Source: Lama glama (taxonomy: Eukaryota). From it: a DNA stretch of 64,000 bases. The stretch covers positions 24,368,001 through 24,432,000 of the forward strand of contig CM052817.1 in assembly GCA_028534125.1 (NCBI GenBank). Reading direction: 5' to 3'. The number at the start of each line of letters is the position of its first letter. The stretch's first letter is position 1. Positions 38,966-51,260 of this stretch are shown in pieces. Both the position numbers and the translations under genes were made by a program. Below the pieces are notes generated by a model. It worked only from the letters and a program-made list of their open reading frames with translations, ran no database searches and was not told where the DNA came from.

Positions 38966-39190
38966 TTTAGGATTTTTGAAGTTTATGGGCAGATCTTTTA
39001 TGAACCTGAGTGAGAATTTGAAGCAACATCTCCATGATCTCTAAACAAAAGAAAAATCTGAGAGTTGATTTAAGGTCTGAACAACTTGTTAAGACTGACA
39101 CAGATTCCAGCACAAAGTTATATGCAATTTGAAGGATAAAGATGATCAGTCTAAAAAGATATACCCACATGGTATAGATGAGCATCCATT
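38966..39190 (+). mobile_element. Possible hAT C-terminal dimerization-domain remnant (continues ~38440-38546)
   Basis: Frameshifted EAT(f)SMISKQKKNLRVDLRSEQL resembles hATC CExxFSxMxxxKxKxRxxLxxEHL; LVELLIN precedes the gap. Confidence 0.4.
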
Positions 39191-41394
39191 CACTTCTTAA
39201 GGGAGCTTTTAATGCCAGTAGAAATAGTTTTTCCCCACCGGTAGTTTTGGAAACTGATGAAGAAAATGCAATCTTCAAAATGTGAACAGCAATCCAAAAA
39301 AAAAAAAAAAAGACTATCAACTATATAACATGGCACGATTATTTGTGACATTTTCAGGAATCTTTTTTTTTTTTTTTGCTCTATGTTGCCTCTTTCAAGG
39401 TCACAATTTTGAAACTGGACTATCGAGTTGAAAGGGAAGAAAAGCTGAATAAATGAGTTTATGAATTTAGTTCTGTTTGGAAACCACCCTTACATATCTC
39501 AGCGTGTAGCAGTATATAATATACATAGATTAGTGACTTGATTTAGATTAAATATGGCTTGTTATTTAAGTACAAAGATAAATGATGAATATTATATATT
39601 CCCAAGCCATAAAAACCCAACTTTTAAAATACTAAAAGAAGCCATATATCAGATAAAAGAATTTTTTGTGTTCTTTTCTCTATCCTTTTGCTGTTGTGTT
39701 GTCATTGTCTGAAAATTTGAAGTAGATTTCTGAATCTTTTGGAAAGTTTTTAGTAGAGGTAATCTCATGTGGGATTTTTGCCACTTTATCATTATCTTGT
39801 CTGAGAAGTAAACATAAGGCAGATAACATGTGAGGCATTTAGCACAACACTTGCCATATAGCATCCATTTAGCATTTGTAAAATTATGCATGGTATGCTA
39901 TACAGTTTCTACTTTCAATATTACATAAATCAAAGTCATTTTTCATGTAAAGTATCTTTAATCACCAACATAGAAAAAAATAGGTCTTCAGGCCAAACTT
40001 CATCATAATTGCAAAATATTTAGATTTTTTAAAACACTGATGAATAAGATCAATCTTTTCCCCTTTTAGCAGATGTGAGTAATTTTCAAGACAGCTCTAG
40101 TGGTAAGAACTGGGAGCCTGCTCTTTCAACACACATGTGCTGAAATGTCCTGTTTCCCAGCTTTATAATTAGAGATTATTTCACAATGATTTTCAGCACA
40201 GATAAAATTTAGCTCACTTAAGATATGACAGCCATCATCTCTTATTTTCATTAAACATGCTCTAGAGCGGGTGGTTATAGAAATAAGATAGGAATTAGCA
40301 TCTGAAAGTTTAAAGATGATTGCAAAATCTCTTCCTTAGAAAATTACGGGTTTCCCTTGGCTTCGCTTTCCTAAAATATATCAGCACTGCTCCAAGTGGC
40401 AGCCTCTGCTGCCTGATGTATCACATTTGAGCTTTCATCTACATCTACGAAAAAGAAGTATGATTTCAGCTGTTCCAAAATATAAGCTGTGTCTCGCTCT
40501 TGAGATGTGAGGACAGTTGGCTGAGTGTGTTACCAAAGCCCATATGCCCCCATGTAATTTGCCCACTTTTTCCTCTCTGAATGTGTCTCAGCTTAAATGC
40601 ATCTGCTCCACCATACACGCTTTTCAGTGCATACAATTTCCTATGCCTCATAGCAAGCCTTTATGATAAAATTAAAAATTTAAGAAACTATTTCTAGTTC
40701 TTTTTAAAAAATTTTTTCAACTTTGTCTATGTAGCCCTATCAAACAAATCAGTCAGTTCTTTCATTAATGATCATTTCCTGTGGTGTCCATTTAACAAGA
40801 AAAAAGAATCAGACCATGTTGGCTGGCTTTCAGTGGTGGCCCTGTCAGCATTTGGAGAGTATGAGAGTTCTTGGCCTTGCTTCCTTGGAACCAAACTCTG
40901 ATGCTCTGTGGAAAAGGGTCCATGAGGTTCTCAAGATTAAAAGAAATATTGTCTAAGTCCTCACATCTCTTTCTATTGGCTTCTGGAAAACCAAAGAAGT
41001 AGCCATAGAAATGAGGGCATATATCTCACTGTTCTTCTTCCCCATTAATTTCAGGATATGGGGCCACTGAATTGCCCACTAGTGTTTCTTTCTCACTTGA
41101 GAAAACTTACAATTTAGCAACACTTGTTACTTGGTACTAGACAAGCCAGTAATGGAGTTCTCATGGAGTCAGGGCTGATTTGTCATGGCTAAGAAGAGAG
41201 TGTGAAGTGCAGAAAGAAGCAGATAAGGCAAGTGTGCAAGAATAACAGAGACAAGAGACCATTTGGTTCCAGAAGATAGAAAATGTGACCTTGATCCCTA
41301 GCTTTATGTTCCTACTTCTAGTAGCTCTTGAGATGTCTCTGAATTTCCTGTCCTGATAGGTCAAAAGATACCACTGCTTCCTTCCAATAGATTC

Positions 41395-41870
41395 TCCAAA
41401 ACATTCAATCAGCAAATACTTACTGAGTCTGTAATATGTGCCCAGCATTGTAGCAGGCTCTAAGTAGACAACAGAGTATGAGATGGACATTGTAACTATT
41501 CCTCATGGATCTTTCAGTTTGACAGGAAAGAGAAGCATTGAGTAGATAATTACACCCCCACAAAAAAACCATATTGTGAAAAGGGAAGTGTAGTCTGTCA
41601 TGAAAGCATACTGTTTGGTAGCATGAGGCCTTAACCTAGTCTGATAGAGGAATATTGAAAGTGGTTGAGGAGAATATCTTTGAGGAAGTAACATGTCAGC
41701 TAAGACCTGAAGGGTAGGTGAAGGGAGAGGGGGAAGTGAAAATATTCCAAGCAAAAGACAAAAGTAAGAGCAGCATGAAGCTGGATGACAGAGCATTGGT
41801 GTTTTGAGAAAATGCTAATTTGAGGAAATCCAATAGAGCCCAAAAGGAAACTGAAAAGTAAGTAAGAATC
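41395..41870 (-). mobile_element. L2 3' part (continues at ~44756-46050)
   Basis: cattcaatcagcaaatacttactgagt...tgtgcccagcattgt...gctaagacctgaagg. Confidence 0.8.
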
Positions 41871-42594
41871 AAAACTTGGGAATACTTTTTTAATTACTGT
41901 AGATTTATAATACATATTGAAATCAGGAAATGTAATGCCTCCAGCTTTGTTCTTCTTTATCAAGATTACTTTGGCTATTTGCAGTCTTTTGTGGTTCCAT
42001 TTGAATTTTAGAATTTTTTTTTATATTTCTGTGAAAAATTGCATTGGGATTTTGATGGGGATAACACTGAATCTATAGATCACTTGAAGTAATTGAAACA
42101 GTGAGATATTGGAATAAAGACAGACACACAGAGCAATGGAACAGAATACAGAGTCCAGAAATAAACCCATGTATAAGCATTCAACTGATCTTCCCTAAGG
42201 TTGCCAAGAACACACAATGGGGAAAGGATAGTCTCTTCAACAATGGTGTAGAGAAAACTAAATATCCACATGCAGAAGGATAAAATTGGACCCTTACCTT
42301 ACAGTATACACAAAAGTAAACTCAAAATGTGTTAAAAAGTTAAGTGTAAAACTTGAAACTGTAAAATTTCTAGAAAAAACAGGGTCTTAGCAATGATTTC
42401 TTGGACATGACAACAAAAGCACAAGCAACAAAAGCAAAAATGAACAAGTGGGACGACATCAAACTAAAAAGCTTCTGCACAGCAAAGGAAACAAATCAAC
42501 AGAATTAAAAGGCAAACTATAGAATGGGAGAAAATATGTGCAGACCATGTATCTGGTAATTGCTTAATATTCAAAATATATAAGTAACTCCTAT

Positions 42595-42699
42595 AACTCC
42601 ATAGCTCTGTATATATATATAAAACTCAATAGCTATATATATATATATATAAAACTCAATAGCTATATATATATATATGTGTGTGTGTGTGTATATATT

Positions 42700-42776
<77 letters not shown>
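42595..42776. repeat. (TA)n/(TG)n microsatellite with a triplicated aactc(a/c)atagct unit
   Basis: Directly visible. Confidence 0.92.
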
Positions 42777-42779
<3 letters not shown>

Positions 42780-42800
42780 CCAATTTAAAAATGGGCAAAG

Positions 42801-43623
42801 TCATCATTAAAAAGTCCACATGCAATAAATGCTGGAGAGGGTGTGGACAAAAGGGAACCCTCCTACACTGTTGGTGGGAATGTAGTTTGGTGCAACCATT
42901 ATGGAAAACAATATGGTGATTCCTCAAAAAACTAAAAGTAGACTTACCCTATGATCCAGCAATCCCACTCCTGGGCATATATCTGGAGGGAACCTCAAAT
43001 TTGAAAAGATACATGCACCCCAATGCAATATAAAGCAGCACTATATACAATAGTCAAGACGTGGAAACAACCTAAATGTCCATTGACAGAGGACTGGATA
43101 AAGAAACTGTGATATATTTATACAGTGGAATACTACTCAGCCATAAAAAAGAATAAAATAATGCCATTTGTAGCAACATGGAGCTGGAGACTGGCATTCT
43201 AAGTGAAGCAAGCCAGAAAGAGAAAAAAAATACCATATGATGTCACTCATATGTTGAATTTTAAAAAAGAAAAAAGAAGACACTAATGAACTCATTTACA
43301 AAATAGGAACAGACTCACAGACATAGTAAACAATCTTATGGTTACCAGCAGGGAAAGGGGGTAGGAAGGGATAAATTTGATAGTTTGATATTTGCAAATA
43401 TTAATTACTATATATAAAAATAGGTTTAAAAAACAAATTTCTTCGTACAGCACAAGGAACTGTATTCAATATCTTGTAATAACCTTTAATAAAAAAGAAT
43501 ATGAAAATGAATATATGTACGTATATGTATGTCTGGGATATTAGGCTGTACACCAGAAATTGATACATTGTAACTGACTATACATCAATTAAAAATAAAT
43601 AAATAAAAATTTAAAAGTAAATT
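42801..43623 (+). mobile_element. Younger camelid L1 3' ~820 bp nested in the older L1
   Basis: ORF2 C-terminus [18 protein letters not shown], camelid-type 3'UTR, A tail; TSD aaaatgggcaaag (42788-42800) / aaaatggacaaag (43624-43636). Confidence 0.92.
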
Positions 43624-44755
43624 AAAATGGACAAAGGACTTGAATGGACATTTCTTCAAAGACATCCAAATTGCCAACAGATATATGAAAGGTGTTTGAC
43701 ATCACTATGATGAAAGAGATACAAATCACAACCACAATAAGATACCATCACCTCATATAAATGTAACAAATTAACATGTTGTACAATTTAAATTTACACA
43801 CAATGTTATATGTCATATATATTTCAGTCTTTTTTTTTAAAAGGAAGGCTATTTTCAAAAAACAAATTAACAAGTTTTGATGAGGATATGAAACAATTGG
43901 AATTCTTATACATTTTTGGTGGGAATGTAAATGTTGCAGTACTATGAAAAACAGTATGGAGGCCCTTCAAAAATTTAAAAATAGAACTACTATATAATCC
44001 AGAAACCCCCCTTCTGGGTATATATCCAAAGGAAAGGAAATCAATATCTCAAAGTGATATGTGCACTGCCATGTTCATTTCAACACTATTCACAGTAGCC
44101 AGGGTATGGAAATATCCTAAGTGTCTACTGATGAATGCATATACATATATACATACGTGTGTGTGTGTGTGTGTATACACACACACACATATATATATGA
44201 ATATTATTCCGTCTTTAAAAGGAAGGAAATCCTGTCATATGCAACAACATGGATAAGCCTGGGGGACATTATGCTAAATGAAATGATTCAGTCACTGGAG
44301 GACAAGTACTGCATAATTCCACTTACATGAAGTATCTGAAATAGTCAAACTAATAGAAGTAGACACTAGAATGGTGGTTGCCAGGGACTGGAGGATGGGG
44401 AGTGGAGGGGGTGAATGAGGAGTTGTTGTTTAGTAAGTATAAAGCTTCAGTTATGCAAGATGAGTATGTTCTAGAGATCTACTGGACAGCATAGTACCTA
44501 TAGTTAACAATACTATGTTGTACACTTTTTAAAAATTAAGAGAATAGATCCCATGTTAAGTGTTCTTACTACAAAAGAAAGTGGGGCATACAAGAAATTT
44601 TTAGAGGTGATGGATATGATTATCACTTTTGATTGTGGTGGTCGTTTCATGAGTATGCATTCGTCCAAACTCATCAAATTAGAGACATTAGATGTGTGCA
44701 GTCTTTTGTATAAAAATTATATCTCAATAAGCCTGTTTTTAAAAACCTTGGGAAT

Positions 44756-46050
44756 GTTTTTAAGACCTCTGGATTTTATTCTATAGGCAAGGAGAAGCTA
44801 AATAAAGTTTTTAAGAAGGGTCGTGACATTTGCATCTTTCACCATTTAGGACAAGTTAAGTCTGCTGCATTAAATACAGAGGGAGATAATATTAACTGGG
44901 ACTAAAACCATGGTTTTCAACTGGGGTATTATTACTTCCTAGTAGACATTTAGTAATGCCTGGAGACATTTCTAATTGTTACAACTCTGAGGGGAAGGAG
45001 AAAGGGTTTTTATTGACATCTAGTTGGTAGAGGACAGGGATGCTGGTCACCATCCTACAATGCACAGGACAGTCTGCCAGAACCAAGAATTATCTGGCTC
45101 AACACATCAATGCTGTGAAGGTTGAGAAACTGTGGAGTAGATTGAGGGTAATGGAAATTAAGAAAAGTCAAGCATTAGAAAGATATTTAAGAAGTAAAAT
45201 TAATTGGATTTAGTGATTAGACAGAGTGGTTAAGCATGAGAGGCAAAAAAATTTGACTCTTGGGTTTCTGAGTTGAACAATTAATTGGTGGTTGGTGATA
45301 CCATGAACTGACTTAGGGAGCAATTTTGGAAGAATGGGTTTTAGATGAAGTAGAGTAGGAACGATGAAGAATGTCATGTTGAACATTTTGCCTTTGCTGC
45401 AAGACAATCAAGGGAATATTCTGACATACATATGTATAAATAGCCCTGACACTTAGGAGAAAGCGCAAGATCTAGTTAAATATTTAAGAGTTGTTATGAG
45501 AAATAAATTAGATAATCACATGGAAAACTCAGTATAGTACCTGGCTCATTTGTAATCATCCACTTAATATTATTATTGATAGTATTGGTGTGATTAAATG
45601 GAAGCCAAGAGAATGAATAAGATTGCCTCAAGAGATGAAGTGAAGTGAATAAGAAGAAGATGGAGCCCTAAGCAGTGCCAAAAAAAAAAGGAGCAGGCAG
45701 AGGAAGAGCTAGGAACTGTGTGGTTAGAGACATGGGAGGAAAACCAGGAGCATGTGTGTCCCATGAAACAAAGGGAGAAGATGGTTTCTAGAGCAGCTAG
45801 TGGTCAACCATACCAAATGTTGGTCTGAGTTCAAGTAGATTGAGAAGTAACCTTTTTTTCAAATAAATTGGAAGATTAGATCATTGGTGTTCTTGGGAAA
45901 TGCTGGTTTGGTAAAGTACTGGGAAGAGATTTGGAGTGGGTTAGGCAGTGAAGAGAGGAGAAGAAATTGTAACTTTTCTACAACTCTTTTGAAAAGCTTG
46001 GCTGCAGAGAGAAAGAGAATAGAACTATAGTTAGAGCAATATATGAAGTT
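44756..46050 (-). mobile_element. L2 internal portion (interrupted by MER20)
   Basis: ctggattttattctataggcaa...ttttaagaagggtcgtgaca; gggaggaaaaccaggag...gtggtcaacc. Confidence 0.72.
44909..45134 (+). mobile_element. MER20 hAT-Charlie MITE
   Basis: tggttttcaactgggg...ctggagacattt...ggtagaggacagggatgctg...catcctacaatgcacaggacag...ggttgagaaac. Confidence 0.88.
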
Positions 46051-46087
46051 ATTATTATTATCATTATTGTTTAAGACAGAAGAGATT

Positions 46088-46145
46088 TGGCGTATTTAAA
46101 TGGCATATTTAAATGGCATGTTTAAATGTCATGGTTAAATGTCAA
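46088..46145. repeat. 13-bp minisatellite, ~4.5 copies
   Basis: tggcgtatttaaa tggcatatttaaa tggcatgtttaaa tgtcatggttaaa tgtca. Confidence 0.9.
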
Positions 46146-46739
46146 TGGAGGGAGGCTGAAAGTACAAAATAGAAACAAAATAACTGTTGAGATAAGATCT
46201 CCATGAAGGAAGAAGGAGAACATGACAAATAAATAAGATGACTGATATAGCTCACATAAGAAACAGCTCACTGATTTATTTAGCCATGTCCTTTTCCTTT
46301 CTTGTAAGTGGAGACAGTTGATGTGGACTAGAGCGTGAAGCCCTTAGGGAATTAGAAGTAAGAACGTTGCCAAAGGGAGTCCTTGTTTGTTTACTTTCCT
46401 CAGTTTAATGGTATTTGGATATTAAGGGATGTGAGAAGTCTCTTTGGGGGACTCTCTTTGCAGCCAATTTTCCTTTTAATTCACTTACTTTATAAGCTGA
46501 GGAGGTAATAGTGTATTCTAAGTCAATATCTTGTCTGTGGCCATCAGAAAGAAAAACGACTCCTGCTCATAATTGCTAAAATGTTCTAAAATTTATTTGG
46601 AGATTAAGAGGAGCATGATTTTGAAATTTTTCTTAATGTAGTGAAGGGCTTTTTGAGGTATATGAGAGGGTATAATTGGAAGGAATGGAAAAATCATAAA
46701 TAAACATCTTCACATTCCATTGTAGCCAGCAGATTAGCA

Positions 46740-46932
46740 ATGGGGAAGAGAAATGGATCTCAGTTATGCCACTGACCTGCTGCGTGACCTTGAGCAAGCT
46801 TCTTAACATCTCTGTCTCAATTTCCTCTTCTGCACAAGGAGAATTATAATAATACCACTTTCATATGGGTTACCCTGAGGATTAAAGGAGATAATGTATG
46901 GTAGAACCCTCAAGAATTATTACTATTATTTG
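46740..46932 (+). mobile_element. MIR SINE
   Basis: gctgcgtgaccttgagcaagcttcttaacatctctgtctcaatttcctc. Confidence 0.8.
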
Positions 46933-48107
46933 AATGGATGATTTGTCTTTGCCAGTTCAGTAATAGGAATATGCTGTTTATTTTTATATTCACAAATGCG
47001 CCTAACTTTAATTCATTCTCTTAAATATCTAACATTAATTCAAAATTATGACAATGGACTTTAATATCTGGAACAACTGAGCAATAAAGCATTCTCCCTT
47101 TTGCTCCATAAGCAGTTGTCTATCTCAAAGCTTCTACCCAGACTCTAAAGATGAGAGGGAAATCGTGCGGGAAGACACAGAAATAGCCTTTGCCTGTCTA
47201 TTTGGAGGCCTTCTGTTGTCTGCCCAGGTGCTCTGACCTCTCATTTATTATCTTTTCTCCAAGAAGAAAGCACAGAGAGGAAGAAGTAAGAATTCTCAAT
47301 AGAAATATTTGACAAGAAGAAAACGTTACCTTGGTTGTCGTTGCCATATACTGAATAGCTACTATATTTTGGTCACCCACCTTGGCATTTTACACTTTTG
47401 AAAAAGAAACATGAAGAAGAAAATACTTAGGAGCAATAATGACATAAATGAGGTGATCTGTGTTTGGAAGGGCATGGACAGGGCAAATACTATAATTTTT
47501 CATTGCTTCAGAACCAACAACTAATGAGTCAGATTAACCTCTTTTCCTTGAACATACCTTGGATGAAGGTTAATCACATTCATTCCTGTGAGTCAACATC
47601 TGCCATGTCCTGGAAAAATCTTGTCAACCATTCCAATAATTAGAGCCCCATATGATGATTTTCAAAATTTCCTGAACCATCAGAATCCTGCCAACTTCAT
47701 ATGTCTCTTGGGTTAACTCATTTCTACCCAATAAATACCTGGCTGCTGAGAATCTAGAAACTATTGCTTTTGCAAATCAGAGATTTTAAATTGAGGAACA
47801 TGGAAAACTGCAGAAGGAAAGGGGAAAGCCAGAGTTTGACTGCAAAGAAGACCAGAGAATATGGATATCAAAACTGTGAATGGATGCTTTTGCCAACTAG
47901 ACAGTCACATCAAGTCTAATATAAAATGAGACCCCCAGTTCTTTCTTCCCATTTTTCTCTTAATCTAGCCTTTTACCTTAAAAATATCACGACTCACACA
48001 TGGTCAGCTCATCTCTAGACCAAAAACATAAAAACCAGTGGGTGTTTTATGTGAGTTCACATTTCAACCCATCGCAATACTTAATTACTATAATGATGAA
48101 CCAGATC

Positions 48108-48270
48108 AGTGCTTCTCAAACTGTAATGTGCATATAAATTCCCTGAGGATTTTATTAAAATGCAGATTCTGATTCAGTAGATTTGAAATGGGGCCCAAGA
48201 TTCTGTATTTTTAACAACTAATTCTATTGCCTTAGAGATCAAGGTCCACACATTGCATTAATAGGTTCAA
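48108..48270. mobile_element. MER5A-like hAT MITE
   Basis: cagtgcttctcaaactgtaatgtgcat...taaaatgcagattctgattcagtag...gggcccaagattctgtatttttaacaa. Confidence 0.85.
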
Positions 48271-48989
48271 AGTAAAATTACTTCTAATGATCCATCTCAT
48301 TATTGCTTAATCTATGTCAAAATTTTGTGACTCGGAGTCCAGTATACAATTTCAGTCCATGAGAATCAGCATAAAAGTAAATTTTTCACAGTGATCAGCT
48401 AATGCCCAATCAACCATGAAGATTATTCAGAGCTGTCCAATTAGCTGTCTTAATTATTAAAATTTTGTTGAGATGCATCATTATGATATCTATAAAATTT
48501 TATATTTGACTTTCCTTTTAATTTTTCTCAGATGCAAACTTTAACTTTTTAAATAAAATTTGAAGTGTTCATTTAGGGTCTGTTCATATCGCTAGAAAAT
48601 TAATGTTTTTTGATTATGGAGTGACATAAATGACATGAAAGAAAATCTGGAAGTAATCAATAATATGACCTTCTAACCAAGATAGAGTATATAGGTAAGC
48701 CAGAGCAAAGGCCCTTAAGTATCTGACACATTACTTTTAGACAGAATCGCTGGCACCAATGGCATTAATAGTAAATAAAGAGCAAAGTTCTACTTCAAAA
48801 TACCTAGCATGTAGCAGAGAGGTTAGCATATAGTAAATTCTCTATACCAGTGTCTTGAATTTAGCTGAATTGTAAGGCTCTGCTCTATTTACCAAAAATC
48901 TTTGCCAAAAAAAGACCAGGAAGAGAAAAAATACTGCTATAGTAGAAAGAGCTTTTTAAATAAGACGGATGTATTCCCAAAAGCCTCTT

Positions 48990-51190
48990 TTCCAATAGAT
49001 TATTAAGGCCACCTTCACTCTCCATTGTCTTTTTGTCATTTTGCTACACCCAATAAGTGCTAACCTTAGGTAACCCAATAGTCTGTGTTCTCAGTGCCTG
49101 CATTCAAGTAGCTCAGATCCTCTGGGGCAAATCACATCACCAGGTTGACTGATAGCACTTTCAATTTGTAATTCCAAGTCTCTACTGAGTTCTTGACATC
49201 CCTTATGACCTTATCGTATTATTCCAGTCACTGTATTCCAATCAGTTTCTGGATAGACTCTTTCTGCCCTTTATACTCCTTAGATGGCAGACCCCTCCTT
49301 TGTCTCCTCCACAATCAGTGGATGATCTTAGTGAAATGTGGCTTGTAGTCAAGATTGCAGGCTCTAAAAGTAAGCTTTTTGTATTCAGGATTCTGCAATT
49401 TATCTAAATGCAACCTTAGGCAGACATTTGTGTTTTTACACTTTTGTGCCTCAGTTACTTACTGAATAAAATATAGACAATAATATTTCCTGCTTCATAA
49501 GGTTATTGTAAATAGTAAATGAGTCAGTATATGTAAATCTTTAAAAATAACACCTGCTTTCAATAAACCATCAATAAAAGTTTACTATTATTCTAATTAC
49601 ATTTTCACAGGAAAAATAAAAGCCAGTGGATCAATGGATAGAAATTTCCTTAGCTACCCAATCCCATAACAACAAATCCATCTGCATCCTCGTGACTTCA
49701 TCTCAATCTAATTTCTTCCAAAAGGTCTTACTTCCTAATACCATCAAATTGGGGGTTAGGGTTTTAATATATGAATTTGGGGCAAACAAGCACAAACATT
49801 CAGTCTGTGACAACAACCTACGACTAACTGGCTCCCACCCAAATCCTCTAGGAAAGGTTACAGATAATTTCTGTGTTACTAAATCTGGTGATCACTTTAC
49901 TGAGCTCTTCTCAGGGTTCAACATTGACTCCCTTTTCCTTTGACTTCTATAACATCACACTTTCACAACTTTCTTCTTATCTTCTTACCTCCTTCACTAT
50001 CTACTCCATAGCTCATGCCAGAAATGTCACAGTATCCAGTCACCAAGTCTGGTGATTCTCCATCCAAGTCTGGTGATTCTCCATCCTAAATATTTAAACA
50101 CATCCCTTTTCATGACTACTGATGCCATCATAGACAAAATGATATTCTACCTAACCATCTGAAATCCCTTTTTCATTCTCCACACAGCATCCAGTGATCA
50201 TCTTAAAACCTTATCATATAGCTCTCCTTAAAATCATTCAGTTGCTGTTATTTTTAGGTTAACAATTACATTTCTACATTTATTTTAACTTTATTATAAA
50301 AAATCCAATATACTTCAAAGTAGGGAGAATATTATAATTATTTCCCATGTATTCATCATCTAGTCCTAACATTGTTATAATTGTATCATTTTCCTTCATC
50401 TACTTTCTCTTTGCTCAATTACTTTATTATTGTGGTAAAATATACACAACATTTTAACCATTTTTAAGTATACCATTCTATTGTACTACATACACATTGT
50501 TGTCCAACCATCACCACCATCCATCACCTAAAGATTACATTTTTATGACATGACAATTATGACAAGCATGAACTGTTCTCCACCGTGGGTCACAATGGTG
50601 CAGTCAGTCTGGCATTTATACACTTCCTTGTATGTGCCAAACTGGCTCAAAGCCTTCCCATAGGCTTTTCCCTCTGCTTAAAATTATCTTTCCCACTGGT
50701 TTGCTAGTGAAATCCTACTCAGTGTTGAAGATTCAGCTTAAACATTAGTCCTTTCCCTAGTAATGCACATAGATGAGGTCTCTAGGTACATGTTCTTGCT
50801 ATGCTTCCAACTTCTATATACAGAGGCAATATAGCATGGGCCAAACTCTAGAGCCAGACTGCCAGGGTTTGAATCTTGGCTCTGTGTGACCCTGGGAAAG
50901 TCACTGTATATCTCTGCGTCTCAATTTCTATCTGTCAAATGGGGATAAAAGGACCTACCTCTAGGTTATTTTAAGAATTATTTAAGTATTTAGACTATGT
51001 CAGGGAACCTAGTGTTACATAAGTATGAGCAGTTACCACCCTTCTTCAAAGTACTTAATGGATTTTGTGCAAGTTTGGTTAAATGTCTGTCTGCTGCCAT
51101 GGAGTCTCTCTTGGTTACCACCACATCTGCAGAGCCTAGAATGGTGCCTGTCACATCAGTGCTCAATCAAATTTGGTTAAAAAATTGAAT
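48990..51190 (+). mobile_element. Fragmented L2 with nested MIRs (~49335-49595, ~50820-51040), an MLT1 end (~49680-49810) and L1 fragments (~50270-50530)
   Basis: L2 motifs (attctccacacagcatccagtgatc, agagcctagaatggtgcctgtcacat) alternate with recognisable MIR, MLT1 and L1 motifs. Confidence 0.65.
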
Positions 51191-51260
51191 GAAGCCTTCA
51201 AGTCTCTTCTTAAATATTACCAGCTCAGACCATTATTGTAAAGATCAAATTAAAGAATTA

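Larger units (their letters stand above)
41884..44741 (+). mobile_element. L1MA10/L1MB1-like element with twin-priming 5' inversion (41884-42086 antisense) and TSD
   Basis: Antisense ORF2 block ([13 protein letters not shown]) then sense ORF2 resuming at the same L1 position; TSD aaaacttgggaat (41871-41883) / aaaaccttgggaat (44742-44755). Confidence 0.9.

Noticed and set aside
42571..42927. ORFs with YIYI/THTH runs and a CWRGC...HCWWEC motif
   Set aside because: Dinucleotide repeat fused to an L1 ORF2 C-terminal fragment; not a host gene.
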